A stretch of DNA of 64,000 bases. Origin: a virus. The notes below the pieces were generated by a model. The model worked only from the letters and a program-made list of their open reading frames with translations, did not search any database and was not told the origin of the DNA. Positions 28,163 through 38,969 of the stretch are shown here, in pieces. The number at the start of each line of letters is the position of its first letter. The stretch's first letter is position 1. Location of the stretch: IMG/VR virus record IMGVR_UViG_3300032334_001950, positions 1-64,000 of that record, one strand, 5' to 3'. The position numbers and the translations under genes are program-made.

Positions 28163-28746
28163 TGATGTAAAAAATCAAAAGGACAGAAGACAGGGACCAC
28201 TCTTATAAAAGAGGTCAGGATGCTCACGAACAGTTTGGTCGGCGTCATCACTATCGGTTACTTTAATGACTTCAGCGCGACCATTGGCGGCCCTAGATAA
28301 GACAGCCCAAGCAAGTTTCTTGGCGGGGATTTCGGCGGTTTCCATTGGTGTTATACGTGCTCCGGTACTTCATTATGCGAGGCATAAATCCATACAAGAG
28401 CACGGGTTGGTATCACCAAAAAACCTTGGCATGACTGGGTTGCGGGGCCAACACATCCTACAGCGTGACCCCGACCCAAAAGTTATGGCACCCTTAAATC
28501 AAGGGTACCGAACCGATCAAAAGTACCTAACGTAAGGGCCAGGAAATATCGTCGCCTGTGCGATAGGTACCTGCGTGGGCTGCTGGCACACGATGTTTGG
28601 ATGTTGGGGGCGCACAATAAAATCGCCTACATTGAGAACGGGTTGAATAGGCGCACCATTCAGCAGTTGAAGTTGTGCTTGGGCCATGGCGTACCCGGCA
28701 TAATCAAAGTTCATGCTGTTTCTGAGAAGGAACAACAGGACAGGGA

Positions 28747-29076
28747 TTAAACGCGGACCGCTTGCCGCTCCTCCCAGGCCTGTTCATCAGACTCTAGGGC
28801 ATCCTGGTACTCGAAGCTCTGGGTGACATCAAATGCAACAATCTGTTCGGGCTTTACCTGGCGGGCTAGGCCAGTGGCAAACTCCAAGAAAGAGTCTAGG
28901 TTAGCCTCTTGCGTGCTGGTGATGACATCAATGAAGAGATCATCACGCATCAGATCTTCCATCGTATGGATGATGTCATTGAGCTTTTCGTTAAAGCTCT
29001 TGCGCAACTCTGCTTCCATCAAAAGTTCCCGCTCTTCTTCTTTACTACGTAGACGCATGGCAGTAACCAAATTCAT
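28747..29076 (-). CDS. hypothetical protein
   Basis: Acidic helical ORF; start uncertain. Confidence 0.55.
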   Translation of the reverse strand: MNLVTAMRLRSKEEERELLMEAELRKSFNEKLNDIIHTMEDLMRDDLFIDVITSTQEANLDSFLEFATGLARQVKPEQIVAFDVTQSFEYQDALESDEQAWEERQAVRV

Positions 29077-29524
29077 GTTCACACAATAGCAGATCACGCC
29101 CCACCAGCTTTCTTGTGTTGGTTATCCACGTATTGTAAGAGGCGGTGCATCTCTTTGACCTGCATTTGTTGCATATCAAGATTTGCATCGACGTGGGCCA
29201 AGGCAGCGGGGGGCGCAAGTTCATTGGCCGCAACGTATTTTTCACCGTGGGCACCAACAAAGCCGGCAACAAATGGTTTACCTGCAGCATCAGCTTGTGA
29301 TCGTTGGGCGGCGATCATATACATTGCCATCAATGAATGAGGGTCGGGACATAAATCAATGGTGAAATGATCGCGCTCTTCAAAGCTTTGGTCCGTAGGT
29401 TGTGTGGCCATTGCTTTCTTCTTGCGTGGTGTGCGTTTGAGCAATGTACTGATTATACGAAGGGAGGCGGTGAAGAGGTTGATCATGTTAGGTGTGGTTA
29501 TTGCGAATGGTTCTCAATTAGGAG

Positions 29525-29890
29525 TTACCAAAGTTTGGAGATGTTCATGGTGAGTTTGCCGGATTTATCCCAGCTACCAAGTTCAATTGGATCACCTTCC
29601 TCAGCAATCGTAAGGAACTTCCAGTTATCGGCAGAAGATAGCAGTTGGAAATGTTCAATCAATTGAATCAATTCGATGGAGCTTTCTCCGCTGATATCAA
29701 GCCAAGCAGGGAAGGCAGTTATTGGAATTGTGCCTGCACAATAGACAGGGGATGTTCCAGTTTGTACTTTGCGTTTGGATTTCTTCCCGCTGGTGGCAGG
29801 AACGTAAGTAGCATCCCGAAAGATTGCGACAACATCAACATCACCAGCAGAATTAATGGAGGCTTCTTCAATTGAAACGTGATCGGACAT
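29525..29890 (-). CDS. hypothetical protein
   Basis: ORF in - strand array; start uncertain. Confidence 0.5.
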   Translation of the reverse strand: MSDHVSIEEASINSAGDVDVVAIFRDATYVPATSGKKSKRKVQTGTSPVYCAGTIPITAFPAWLDISGESSIELIQLIEHFQLLSSADNWKFLTIAEEGDPIELGSWDKSGKLTMNISKLW

Positions 29891-29992
29891 TGTATTGTAC
29901 GATACAGGACAATGACGGTCAAGCAAGGTGCTTGCCACCAGCGTTACTGTAAGACTCCCTCCAACGTCCAGCCGAGGTTTTGTTGCAACTCT

Positions 29993-30643
29993 TTACGCTT
30001 GCACTGGCGTAGACCACAACTGACCCTCAGCTGCCCGCCTGCGCTTCAAGCCTGCAGTGACGGATGTTCCGGGATTGACGTAGAGCTTGAGGCTATCGGG
30101 TACAGCAGACCACTGGGCATTTCGTACGGTGCGGGTGATCGTACCGAAACCATCAGAACCGAACCAGCCTGGACCCACGTTATAGCTGAAACTGATCAGG
30201 GCCGATTGCTGGTTGATATTCATTTGGTTCCAGGTCGGGATTGACTTGGACAAGGTTGCAGCAACACGCTCCACTTCATGGGCCAGCATATTTTCTGCTT
30301 GGGCTTGCGTGATCGTTTGGCCCGGCTTTACCCTGGAGCCATCGTTATAGAAGGTGTTTCCATATCCAATGGTATAAGGTTCGCCACCTGTTCCAGGATC
30401 AGGGTAGGCATGAAGGACGCAACCTTCAAACTCTTTGATTAGCGCGAGGGCACCTGTATGTTTGACAGCAGAAGTAGAGGGCGTGGGTGCAATGATAGGT
30501 TCTTTCTTCTGCCATTGTTTGTACCAGGGCTGTTCGGAGTCTAGTAGATTGGCGGGCAACGATTGCTCCAACAATCGAATGGCTACATCCTGGTGGGGCT
30601 CGCCTTTGTAATATTTGAAGAAATCAATCAAAGAAAGTTTCAC
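29993..30643 (-). CDS. endolysin, GH24 lysozyme
   Basis: IKEFEG..LHAYPDP..PYTIGYG.T, ALISFSYNVG, GLKRRRAAE. Confidence 0.92.
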   Translation of the reverse strand: MKLSLIDFFKYYKGEPHQDVAIRLLEQSLPANLLDSEQPWYKQWQKKEPIIAPTPSTSAVKHTGALALIKEFEGCVLHAYPDPGTGGEPYTIGYGNTFYNDGSRVKPGQTITQAQAENMLAHEVERVAATLSKSIPTWNQMNINQQSALISFSYNVGPGWFGSDGFGTITRTVRNAQWSAVPDSLKLYVNPGTSVTAGLKRRRAAEGQLWSTPVQA

Positions 30644-30899
30644 GGTCGTACCGCTTGTTATCTACTCAGTTTATACTTTGAGAATTTTGGTTGAGTGTAG
30701 CGTACCGAACTACTGCATTTCGGTTTGTGCGATATGGTATAAATAGATACAATTTGCTTCCATGGATCGCGCTCTTATCATTCACCTGGTGGATAAACAA
30801 AAGAAAAAGCACCGTAGCGATAAGCAGGAAGCTTATGCCACGATGCAGAATAGGGTGGACGGAAAGGTAGAGAACCGGGCAGTGTTGTCCGTTGTTTGA

Positions 30900-31157
30900 T
30901 TAGCTTGCTGTTAGTTTTGACACAGCCTCATTAAACCTTTTTGTCATGCCATCTAACAGGAGTTGCATGTCTGCATCTATTGCAATCCTCTTTTGCTGCA
31001 GTTCTTCTGCCTGGAGGATGTCATCTTTCCACGCTGCAAGTTCATTTTGAACCAACCGAGCAGTGAACTCAGGGATGGCCGTGAGATTTTCCCCGGCAAG
31101 ATCACACAAGAAAGCATAGTCCTGGTCTTCAATTTCGATGGTGATTGATTTTGTCAT
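30900..31157 (-). CDS. ribbon-helix-helix-like protein
   Basis: MTKSITIEIEDQDYAFLCDLA. Confidence 0.5.
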   Translation of the reverse strand: MTKSITIEIEDQDYAFLCDLAGENLTAIPEFTARLVQNELAAWKDDILQAEELQQKRIAIDADMQLLLDGMTKRFNEAVSKLTAS

Positions 31158-32899
31158 GGTGTTGTGTGCGGTGGGAATTAATCTTTGATTGAAAGTGCCG
31201 GACCAGATACTTGCATCCGCGATAAACAAAAGAAAGTAGGACCTGCGATGGACTGACCTGCCTTGATGGTCCACAGATTAGATCTGCATCTTGCCACTGT
31301 GATGTTATTGGTTTGCGCCTGGATGAAACTGATGGTGGCGATTCCGATGATGGCATTGATAGCAACTGTGGAGTAAACTTTGCCAACTCTAATGGCACGA
31401 CGCTTAGTTAACATTGGCATCCTCTTTGGAGAGGATGTAATCGAGGCAGTAGCTGAAGGCTCGATAGGCCCGCATCAATTCAACTTGGAGATCTTTCATG
31501 CGTTGCGGTTGACTGGAGCACGGACAGGATGCAAGGGTTTGCCACTGATCGGGGGTGTCGGATGCGATGCGACGTTCTAGATCGATCTCTGCATTGGGTG
31601 TACCGGTCCAGACGACACGGTAGGGGCTCCCTGGGGAGGGCGACCAGCTGAGGACTTGGGTTTCTTCGGTGGTGGCAGAGGGTGTCATGATAATAACTGC
31701 GAAGGTTAAGAATTGGTTAAGGCCGATTAGGTGGGAGATTCCACCATCCCGAACAGGTAATCCTGCAGCGGGCCGTAGTCTCCCCGTGATTTGGTCTGTT
31801 CAAAGGTGACAGCAAAGCCATTCACCCTGGCGAAATCATAGAGGCAATCTTGGATTGCTTCGAGGTCTGCTTCACCTGCTGTAACCTTGCCACGGATTTG
31901 GCGGGGCTTGCTGCTGCGTCTGGCGTCCATCATTGATAGGAAGAAAGGATCGCCCCAGGTGGGACACCCTGAAGCCGACCCTCGCGGATCGGCAGCAGTC
32001 AGGGACTGGATAGTGGCGGCGGGGAAGGGGGGTATTCGCCACGGTAGGCACGGTCTGCCTCATTCTTAAGCCAGAGGGATTGGGGGGTCTCCCCGAACCG
32101 GCCGACCAAGTGCTGGGAGATCAACTGGAGCATGGCCCCATAATCTGTCCAGTCCATGTTCGGTGGTATCCCTCTGGCGATCAATGCTGCTTCAATATCA
32201 CGCCATAGTGGTGTTCTTGGCTGTGTATATAGAGGCTGCGGTGGTGGTGCTGGCGTCTGGTGATTAGTAGATGGGCCGATTTCGGCGGATAGAAACGACA
32301 TCGAAACGCCTAAAGAGTTTACGTTGTGTTTGTGTAAACAATGTGGCAGGATCTTCGGGGTGATTGTACACCTGCTCCTGCAACTCTGCGTAGGATTGAA
32401 GTATATCCTGGAGAGTGTACAGTTCGGATGCAGTGAAGAATACAGAGCCGTCGCTGTATTCAACGGTGCCGAGTTTGGTTTCTGTGGTGTCCATGATGTT
32501 AGGCGTGGTGATGGTGTTGTGGTTGTGGCGGTAGCCGATCGAATGCTACAGGATCACCGGGCGGTGGCCTGCTGCATGTCTTCAGGGTAGGACAGACCGT
32601 AGTCCATCCATTCCCATTCAAGGATCAGGTCACCAGTCTCAGGGTCTGGTGCGTACCATTCACCTTGTTCGCCCAGCTCCCAGCCTGCAGCGGTGCGGGC
32701 TTCGTATTCGCGGTCAGAGGCTGCCATCATGTCCAGCAGAACTTGGGGCATGCCGATCAGGGTCTGCAGTTGCATGGCCCGCTCGTCTGCTGCCAGTTCG
32801 GCTGCGTACAGTTCGGGATTGTGGCGGTGTTGAATGCTCATGGTTCTGGGTTTGTGGTTGTGGTTTGGAATCAGCCCCACCGAAGCGGAACTAAAGGAA

Positions 32900-33361
32900 C
32901 TAAGCAACGCGCACGGCTCCGGGTTTCCGTAGGCGAACCCGCTTGATAGCAGGCTTGCCGGGGATCCGTTCCGCAACGGCCATAGTTATAGCAGCTTCCA
33001 TGGCGCGGTTCGGTTGCATGTGCAACTCACGGGCGATGGAAACGATGGTACGGGCGGCACCGACAGCAGCCGAGGGGTTCGATTGCGCCTGTGCTACGGC
33101 CAGGTCCTGGAGAAAGGTCATCGTCTGGAGTAGGACAGCGCTAAGGTCTGCCCCGTCATCGGTCAGGACTTGCTGCCGCAGGAGGGCAGCCCCGGCCTTG
33201 GCGTAGTTGCGACCTTGGCGCCGGCTAACGTTGTAACGCTTGCTCACTTCGGTGGCAACCCAGGAAGCGGACCGACCCTCTGCCAATAGTTCGGCGGCGG
33301 TTTCGGTCCTGTCTTCTAGTTCGGCTGCTGTGGCGCGTTCGCGGATGGGAGTGGGATCCAT
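32900..33361 (-). CDS. HTH DNA-binding protein
   Basis: LLAEGRSASWV...RYNVSRRQGRNY. Confidence 0.6.
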   Translation of the reverse strand: MDPTPIRERATAAELEDRTETAAELLAEGRSASWVATEVSKRYNVSRRQGRNYAKAGAALLRQQVLTDDGADLSAVLLQTMTFLQDLAVAQAQSNPSAAVGAARTIVSIARELHMQPNRAMEAAITMAVAERIPGKPAIKRVRLRKPGAVRVA

Positions 33362-33381
33362 CGGGGCAGGTTAAGGTTTGG

Positions 33382-33615
33382 TTAAGGAAGGAGTTCGTAC
33401 GATTTGCCACTTATGGTCCCCCGGACATCGCCCACGACATCGCCCCAGACACTGCCCCAGACACTGCCCACGACATCGCCCCAGACACTGCCCCGGACAC
33501 CGCCCAGGATATTGCCCTCGACATCGCCCCAGACATCGCCCACGACCCATTCGCCGTCGATTTGCTCAAAATCAACCAGCAGGCGGATTTGATCGATTGT
33601 TGGATAGTCTTCCAT
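33382..33615 (-). CDS. small protein with 4-residue VxG(D/S) repeats
   Basis: About 10 tandem 12-nt units (e.g. GACATCGCCCCA, GACACTGCCCCA on + strand). Confidence 0.6.
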   Translation of the reverse strand: MEDYPTIDQIRLLVDFEQIDGEWVVGDVWGDVEGNILGGVRGSVWGDVVGSVWGSVWGDVVGDVRGTISGKSYELLP

Positions 33616-33981
33616 GATGATTCTGCAATGGTTGGTTAATAGGTTGAAAGGTCAGCGCAGGCTGGGGTTCCGGTCCGCAGCAGACAGGGAAGGGTGTTCG
33701 CCGTCATCGTCTGCAGGCTCATCCTCCTGGTAGTAACAGGTGATGATGTAGGAGCTGCCGGCCTCCTGGTAGAGGGATTGCAGGCGAGCGTAGTCGTCAG
33801 CGGTGCCGACATCTTCGGAGCCATCCTCAGCAGTGAACCTGTAAACGATGTCACAGTCCCAATCAATGGGGCCGCCATCTTCGATCTGGTATGGTGCGGA
33901 CATGGTGTGATCCTTGCTAGGTGGATGGGGGAGAGAATCCCCTAGGGGAGCCTAGCACTAAGGCAGGCCCCGATAGGAGAA

Positions 33982-34197
33982 TCAGCGGGAAGACTCTAGG
34001 GCGGAAACGTGGGCGCTACCTTGACGACCACTGGGACCAGCAAAATCCCATAGGACCTCAGCAAAATCAGCATCCCGTCCCCAAAGGCGGGTGATAGTGC
34101 CACGGACTTGGGGGGTCCAGCCTGTATGGGCCCCTATGGTGCGGCAGAATTCGGAGCTATAACGTACCCGGTCGTTGGGCTGGAGGTTCTTGGCCAT
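33982..34197 (-). CDS. early protein (SH3-like)
   Basis: LQPNDRVRY...GTI...AEVLWD; preceded by the repeat. Confidence 0.6.
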   Translation of the reverse strand: MAKNLQPNDRVRYSSEFCRTIGAHTGWTPQVRGTITRLWGRDADFAEVLWDFAGPSGRQGSAHVSALESSR

Positions 34198-34500
34198 GGT
34201 GTGAGCCTTGCTAGGTGGATTGATTGTGGATTGATCAGGGGAGAATCATAGCCTGTGGCAGGCCGTGGATTAGGCGCAATAGGGTCCGGCGTTCGCGCTC
34301 CAAACGGTCGGCCGCAGCCGAACCGGGGGCCAAGCGGGGAAGGTGTTTCTCGATAATGCGGACCCTGGCTTGCCATTGTGGCAGGTTCGGATCGTTAATC
34401 GTTGGCAGGTTGGATAGGTTGAGCATGGTCTTACTAGGTGGTTGGAAGGGGGGAGAATCCCCTAAGGGGACCGACCTTACGGCAGGCCCCGATAGGAGAA

Positions 34501-35250
34501 TCAGTTTAGGAGGGCGACCCGCTTACCCTTGGCGCCGTGGGCATCGATCACAACGTTAGCGCTGGCGCCATCGCAAAGGTGACAGGCTGCGCATGTTGTC
34601 TTAGCGCCCCGCTCTTTACTGGCTGCACAATGGACAAGCCCTGCAGGATCTGGGGTCCCGGCCGGTTTGACTAGGAAGGTTCTCCAGCCATGGGCAGTAG
34701 CTTCCAGGTAGTCTGCCATCCCGTCACAACTAGCCTGCACAATGCCGCACAAGGATTGGGCAAACGGTTGGCGCCACTGATGGGTGTATCCAGTGTGAGT
34801 CTCAGCGGCGCCAATGGCCTGCAACCATATGGCAGTGGGCACCATGGCAGGATCACCATAAGAGCCGAGACGCAGCGCAGACCCGGCTAGTAAATGCCAA
34901 TCGTTGCCAATGGGAGCGTATCCCGATCCGTTCCGGTAACAGTTCCAGACAGCGTAGGGGGCTTGATAAGCGCGAACGTAGCAGGATCCTTGGGCGCGGA
35001 TCAATTCGCCGTCGACTTTTGACCACTGGCGATGGGGACAATTGCCGCAGACAGAGAAATCTAGGCCGGCTGCAATGGCATGATGCGGGGCAACATCTTG
35101 ACGCAGAATCCAGGTCTGCAGCATGCCGCCTGTCTTCTCGTTAGCTGAACGATCAGCCAGGCCGGTCAGGATGCAAACGATGGGAGCGCCGTCAATGGGG
35201 GAGACGCCCTCCCATAGGATGCGGCCGTTTGGATTGTGTTTGGTGTTCAT
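34501..35250 (-). CDS. Cys-rich early protein, possible Fe-S (radical-SAM-like) fold
   Basis: CGNCPH..CYV, LRLGSYGDP, TGYTHQW, C..CHLCDG. Confidence 0.6.
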   Translation of the reverse strand: MNTKHNPNGRILWEGVSPIDGAPIVCILTGLADRSANEKTGGMLQTWILRQDVAPHHAIAAGLDFSVCGNCPHRQWSKVDGELIRAQGSCYVRAYQAPYAVWNCYRNGSGYAPIGNDWHLLAGSALRLGSYGDPAMVPTAIWLQAIGAAETHTGYTHQWRQPFAQSLCGIVQASCDGMADYLEATAHGWRTFLVKPAGTPDPAGLVHCAASKERGAKTTCAACHLCDGASANVVIDAHGAKGKRVALLN

Positions 35251-35517
35251 GGGGATGATCCTTGCTAGGTGGATTGATTCGGGATTGAGCCCTGTCTAAG
35301 CCTACCATGGAGGCAGACTCTGGCAAGGCTAACGATGGATTGATTGACAGTAGGCTTGGCCGTTGGCGGTGCCATCAGCAGCGGCAGACAGTAGGCAGGC
35401 CTGCCTGTCTAGGTAGTGGTTGCAGGCATCGGCAATCTTGACGGCTGCCACACCGATACCAATAGACAGGATGGCAGCCACGACAATGGGTCCTAGGGTT
35501 CTCACAGTGATTCCGGG

Positions 35518-35859
35518 TCAGGTGGTTTGCAGCTGGCGCCGGACTGTAGATCGCGAGACCTGCAAGATTCTGGCGATCTCACGTTGTGACAGGCCCCCAG
35601 CTTGTAGGAGGGCAGAGGCCTTGATGCTGACAGGGCCTGGGATGGCCACGGGATCAGCAGAGACAAGGGCTGGAGAAGGATTGGCGGGTCGGTGAGGCCT
35701 GCTGGCCCAAGCGGACAGGGCCGCATTTAGGCGATGAACAAAGGATCCCAGGCAGTAGCCTGCCACGTAGACAGCCACTAGGACAGCGGTGACTTGGCGA
35801 GCGGCAGATTCTAAGTAGGGTCCCCAGTTAGTGGTGAGGGTTTGGCGGATTGTGGGCAC
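35518..35859 (-). CDS. membrane-anchored protein with C-terminal HTH
   Basis: Hydrophobic VTAVLVAVYVAGY plus GLSQREIARILQVSRSTVRR. Confidence 0.65.
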   Translation of the reverse strand: MPTIRQTLTTNWGPYLESAARQVTAVLVAVYVAGYCLGSFVHRLNAALSAWASRPHRPANPSPALVSADPVAIPGPVSIKASALLQAGGLSQREIARILQVSRSTVRRQLQTT

Positions 35860-35943
35860 GGTTGAACCTTGCTAGGTGGTTTGGATGTTGGAAGGATTGA
35901 ACCTCCCAGAGAACCCTAGCACTGCTAGGGCTCCGTGGGGGGA

Positions 35944-36225
35944 TCAGTAGGAAGCGCTGGCGATGTCGGCCGTGGTCGTGATAAACACATCCAAGGCATC
36001 TTCTAACGCGCCACGCTGCACATCCCAAGGCAGCACATCCCAGGCCTCAGCTAGGGCCTCGTCTTCTGTCTGGATGGCAAGCTCCCAGTCGACGCCATCA
36101 GCATTCAGCCAGTAAGGCTGGCCGTCCCAGTCAGGATCTGACCAGCAATCGGCCCGCTCCCTAAACATCAGCGGGGCGATGTGAGCGACCAAGGCGTCAA
36201 AGATCTCGTTAGTAAGGGTGGGCAT
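35944..36225 (-). CDS. first early gene, acidic protein
   Basis: ATG at 36225 downstream of a sigma70-type promoter; Asp/Glu/Trp rich. Confidence 0.6.
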   Translation of the reverse strand: MPTLTNEIFDALVAHIAPLMFRERADCWSDPDWDGQPYWLNADGVDWELAIQTEDEALAEAWDVLPWDVQRGALEDALDVFITTTADIASASY

Positions 36226-36253
36226 GGTTCTTGATGGAGAACTGAACTCCCTA

Positions 36254-36281
36254 ATCATAGCGCCCGGCTTGCCAATGGCAA
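36254..36281 (-). promoter_or_regulatory. early sigma70-type promoter
   Basis: TTGCCA-16 nt-TATGAT on - strand; -35 lies within the inverted repeat CTTGCCAATGGCAAG. Confidence 0.6.
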
Positions 36282-36890
36282 GCCTCAGATCCTGAATAAC
36301 GAGAATCGCCCGCCAAGCCTGCAGGCCTGCCCCCCTTGGCGCCAAACCAAACCACCGGATAACTTTTCCCCAGCCTCGCCAGCATCCAGCCCGAGCCCTC
36401 AGCCGCGCCTTACCTTCTGGCCCCTCTCCCGTGAGAACCGTTGCGCTGCAGTCGATTTAAGGGAATATTACATATTGTAACGGCCCCGTAACACAAAATT
36501 CGTATCATAACTTAACAATTCCGTCAAGTGTTAGGGCCTGCGGGGTGTTAAAGTTGTAACATTAAGATTCATGCGTTAAAAATGTTACAAATTAGCCTAA
36601 AAACCATAAAAACAGCCAAAACCAAAATCAGCAAACCCCTTAATTGTCGCGGCGTGTAAATAAAAATGACGAAAATATAGCGTTTCAGACCCAAATTAGC
36701 CGATTGTTACAACTTGTTTCACCCTCACCTTTCTTTTTTTCCTCGTACGTTAAGTTTTGTCAAGAGGGGGCGTGAAGGCTCCCGTAAATTTTACCCCAAA
36801 AGTGGGTTTTAAAGGCGCCGTTAGGGGAAGGCATTTGTTAAATCATGTGTAGAGCGAGTAAAATCAAGAAATATTAAGTGGTTTAGATAA

Positions 36891-38411
36891 ATGCCCGCCT
36901 CGCCGCGTGATTTTGCGCTCTGGTCGTCGATGACGGGCAATCCATACCCTCAATCCGACGCAGAACGGGCCGCTTTGGCGCCTCACGTATATCAATATGT
37001 GAACAATATTGGCCGTAGAGGGGGCGTTAGGGGACTTATCGATACAGCAGGCAAAACAGCACTGGCGGCGGGCGCAATTGCAGGGGCTGTTGCACTTAGT
37101 CGTACACCAGAAGGGCAACAAATCATTGAAAATGTTGCACAAACTGTTGAACCCCACCTTCAAAGCGCAAAAACAAATATTTCAAATGTTTTAGGACGAG
37201 GAGAACAGGGGAGTTTGTACGAAAGGGTCCGCCCTGGGGCGCAAGCCTTACTTGGAGGACTAAAAGAAGGCGCAATGCGGCAACTTCAGCCAATGATCCC
37301 TTCCACTGCTGCAGTAATCGAGGATCCCGAGCAAACTGTTGAAGTTCGGCGCCCCATCACCTATGGAAGGGGTTCAACTCCGGTAGACACCAGCAGGGTT
37401 ACCTGGGGACGCGGGGGCATGAGCGCACAACCAGCTCAAGCAGCCATCCCAGACCCGTGGCAGGAACGTCCCCGTGGTGTAGTTGTTGCAGATTTATCGC
37501 AACTGCAAGAGCAGGGCATGGGGGGAATGCCATATGAAATCCAAGAAAGCATGCAGCCCACAGCCGGGGTGGAGGCACAGCTCGCTGATATCAATTACGC
37601 CAACAAAGCTGCCGCCTATAGGAAATCACAACAATATGCGGAGATGTCGCAGCGTCATCCGATTTTGCAAAATATTTCCCTAAATGAGGAGCTTATAGGG
37701 GGAGAAGGGGTACAACCACATGAGACAACAGCAGAACGTTATAACCAAGATGTTATACCCGCCCAGATGCGTTTAGAGCAGGAAGCCAAAGGCGCACCCC
37801 CTGGCGCACCTGCCAAGCGTTTACTGCAAAATGAACCGGTAACACAAGCTGAAATCCTATCAACCCAGCAGACCATGGAACCAAGTGCTCCTATGGTTAC
37901 AGGACCCAGTCCGCAAGAAATTGCCGATATGGATACGTTGCTGCTCCGCTCGCACGGTCATTACAACCGTATCCAACGAGAAGCACTACGCGATCAACTT
38001 TTAACCGAGAAATACGGCGGACAGCCCACCGCCAACGTATTACCTCAAACCACAGGCGCAGGCGTGGTAGCAAGTGCTCCCGTAGCAGTTGCCGCAGCCA
38101 ATCCAGTGGCAAAAGCCAATCGTTGGCGCCAGGTGCGTTCAGAGATGAATGATGTGGAAAGGATTGGCAGGCTTGGTGGGTATGGCTATGATCTATATCA
38201 AGGAGCCGGCCCAACCGCCATGCAAGAAGCCCCAGGATCACGCCAAGCCTTATTGGCGGAACAACTGCAACGTGATGCCATGCGCCAGGCAGCAATGCCG
38301 GGTCATTATGACTACATCGCACAACAGCGGCAAGCTGTGCCTAGCACACCCTATAACCCACAAGATTTCCGCTCATTCATGAAACCTGCTAGCACTTGGA
38401 TTGGCGGTTAA
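36891..38411 (+). CDS. putative internal virion protein
   Basis: First + strand gene; Gln/Ala/Pro-rich 506 aa. Confidence 0.65.
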   Translation: MPASPRDFALWSSMTGNPYPQSDAERAALAPHVYQYVNNIGRRGGVRGLIDTAGKTALAAGAIAGAVALSRTPEGQQIIENVAQTVEPHLQSAKTNISNVLGRGEQGSLYERVRPGAQALLGGLKEGAMRQLQPMIPSTAAVIEDPEQTVEVRRPITYGRGSTPVDTSRVTWGRGGMSAQPAQAAIPDPWQERPRGVVVADLSQLQEQGMGGMPYEIQESMQPTAGVEAQLADINYANKAAAYRKSQQYAEMSQRHPILQNISLNEELIGGEGVQPHETTAERYNQDVIPAQMRLEQEAKGAPPGAPAKRLLQNEPVTQAEILSTQQTMEPSAPMVTGPSPQEIADMDTLLLRSHGHYNRIQREALRDQLLTEKYGGQPTANVLPQTTGAGVVASAPVAVAAANPVAKANRWRQVRSEMNDVERIGRLGGYGYDLYQGAGPTAMQEAPGSRQALLAEQLQRDAMRQAAMPGHYDYIAQQRQAVPSTPYNPQDFRSFMKPASTWIGG

Positions 38412-38458
38412 CACAGAAGGATAATTGCTGGTGCTAAATTAAACTCAAAGAGGGACCC

Positions 38459-38902
38459 GTGATGACATTTCTAGAACCTATTGCCGCCGCTGTTGTTGCA
38501 GCTATTGTCACCGCTGGTGCCAACAAAGTCAGCACACTAAAAGCACTGGGGGCGGCACTAAAGTATGGGCCCCTTCTGAAGAAAGCTTTTGATATCGTAG
38601 ATCCGTTGCTAATTCAGTTTATGCATGGGTGGAGCGGTTCCCAAATTGAAAAGGCAATTGAGCTAGCTGTAGAGGCGGTAGGGGACGGCAAGTTGGTCGG
38701 AGAGGAAATCAAAACGATTGCAACCAAAATTGCAGAACTTTGGATTCCCAGCAAAGCTGTTGCAAAGATGGAAAAGTTTACTGCAGCAGCAGAAACCCCT
38801 GTTGGTCTTGCAGCTTCTAAGTTTATTGCTGACAGCATCAACGGAATCAAAACAAAAGATGAAGCGCTTGCCGCTATCAAAAAATTGACCAAAGGGAAGT
38901 AA
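38459..38902 (+). CDS. hypothetical protein
   Basis: 147-aa Ala/Lys-rich ORF. Confidence 0.65.
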   Translation: MMTFLEPIAAAVVAAIVTAGANKVSTLKALGAALKYGPLLKKAFDIVDPLLIQFMHGWSGSQIEKAIELAVEAVGDGKLVGEEIKTIATKIAELWIPSKAVAKMEKFTAAAETPVGLAASKFIADSINGIKTKDEALAAIKKLTKGK

Positions 38903-38969
38903 CATGCCAAAAGACGAAAAGTTCATTCAAAACGTTAAGCAAACTTCGCAAGCATAAGGGCGAATAAAC

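Larger units (their letters stand above)
33904..35879 (-). repeat. dispersed intergenic repeat CCACCTAGYAAG (5 copies), two with a shared hairpin cassette
   Basis: Copies at 33912, 34206, 34430, 35260, 35867, each 3-9 nt upstream of a start codon. Confidence 0.85.

Noticed and set aside
33420-33545. Short tandem repeats as a CRISPR array
   Set aside because: 12-nt units without spacers, in frame within a coding sequence
36440-36720. NtcA boxes
   Set aside because: GTAAC/GTTAC motifs are present but I found no exact GTA-N8-TAC spacing
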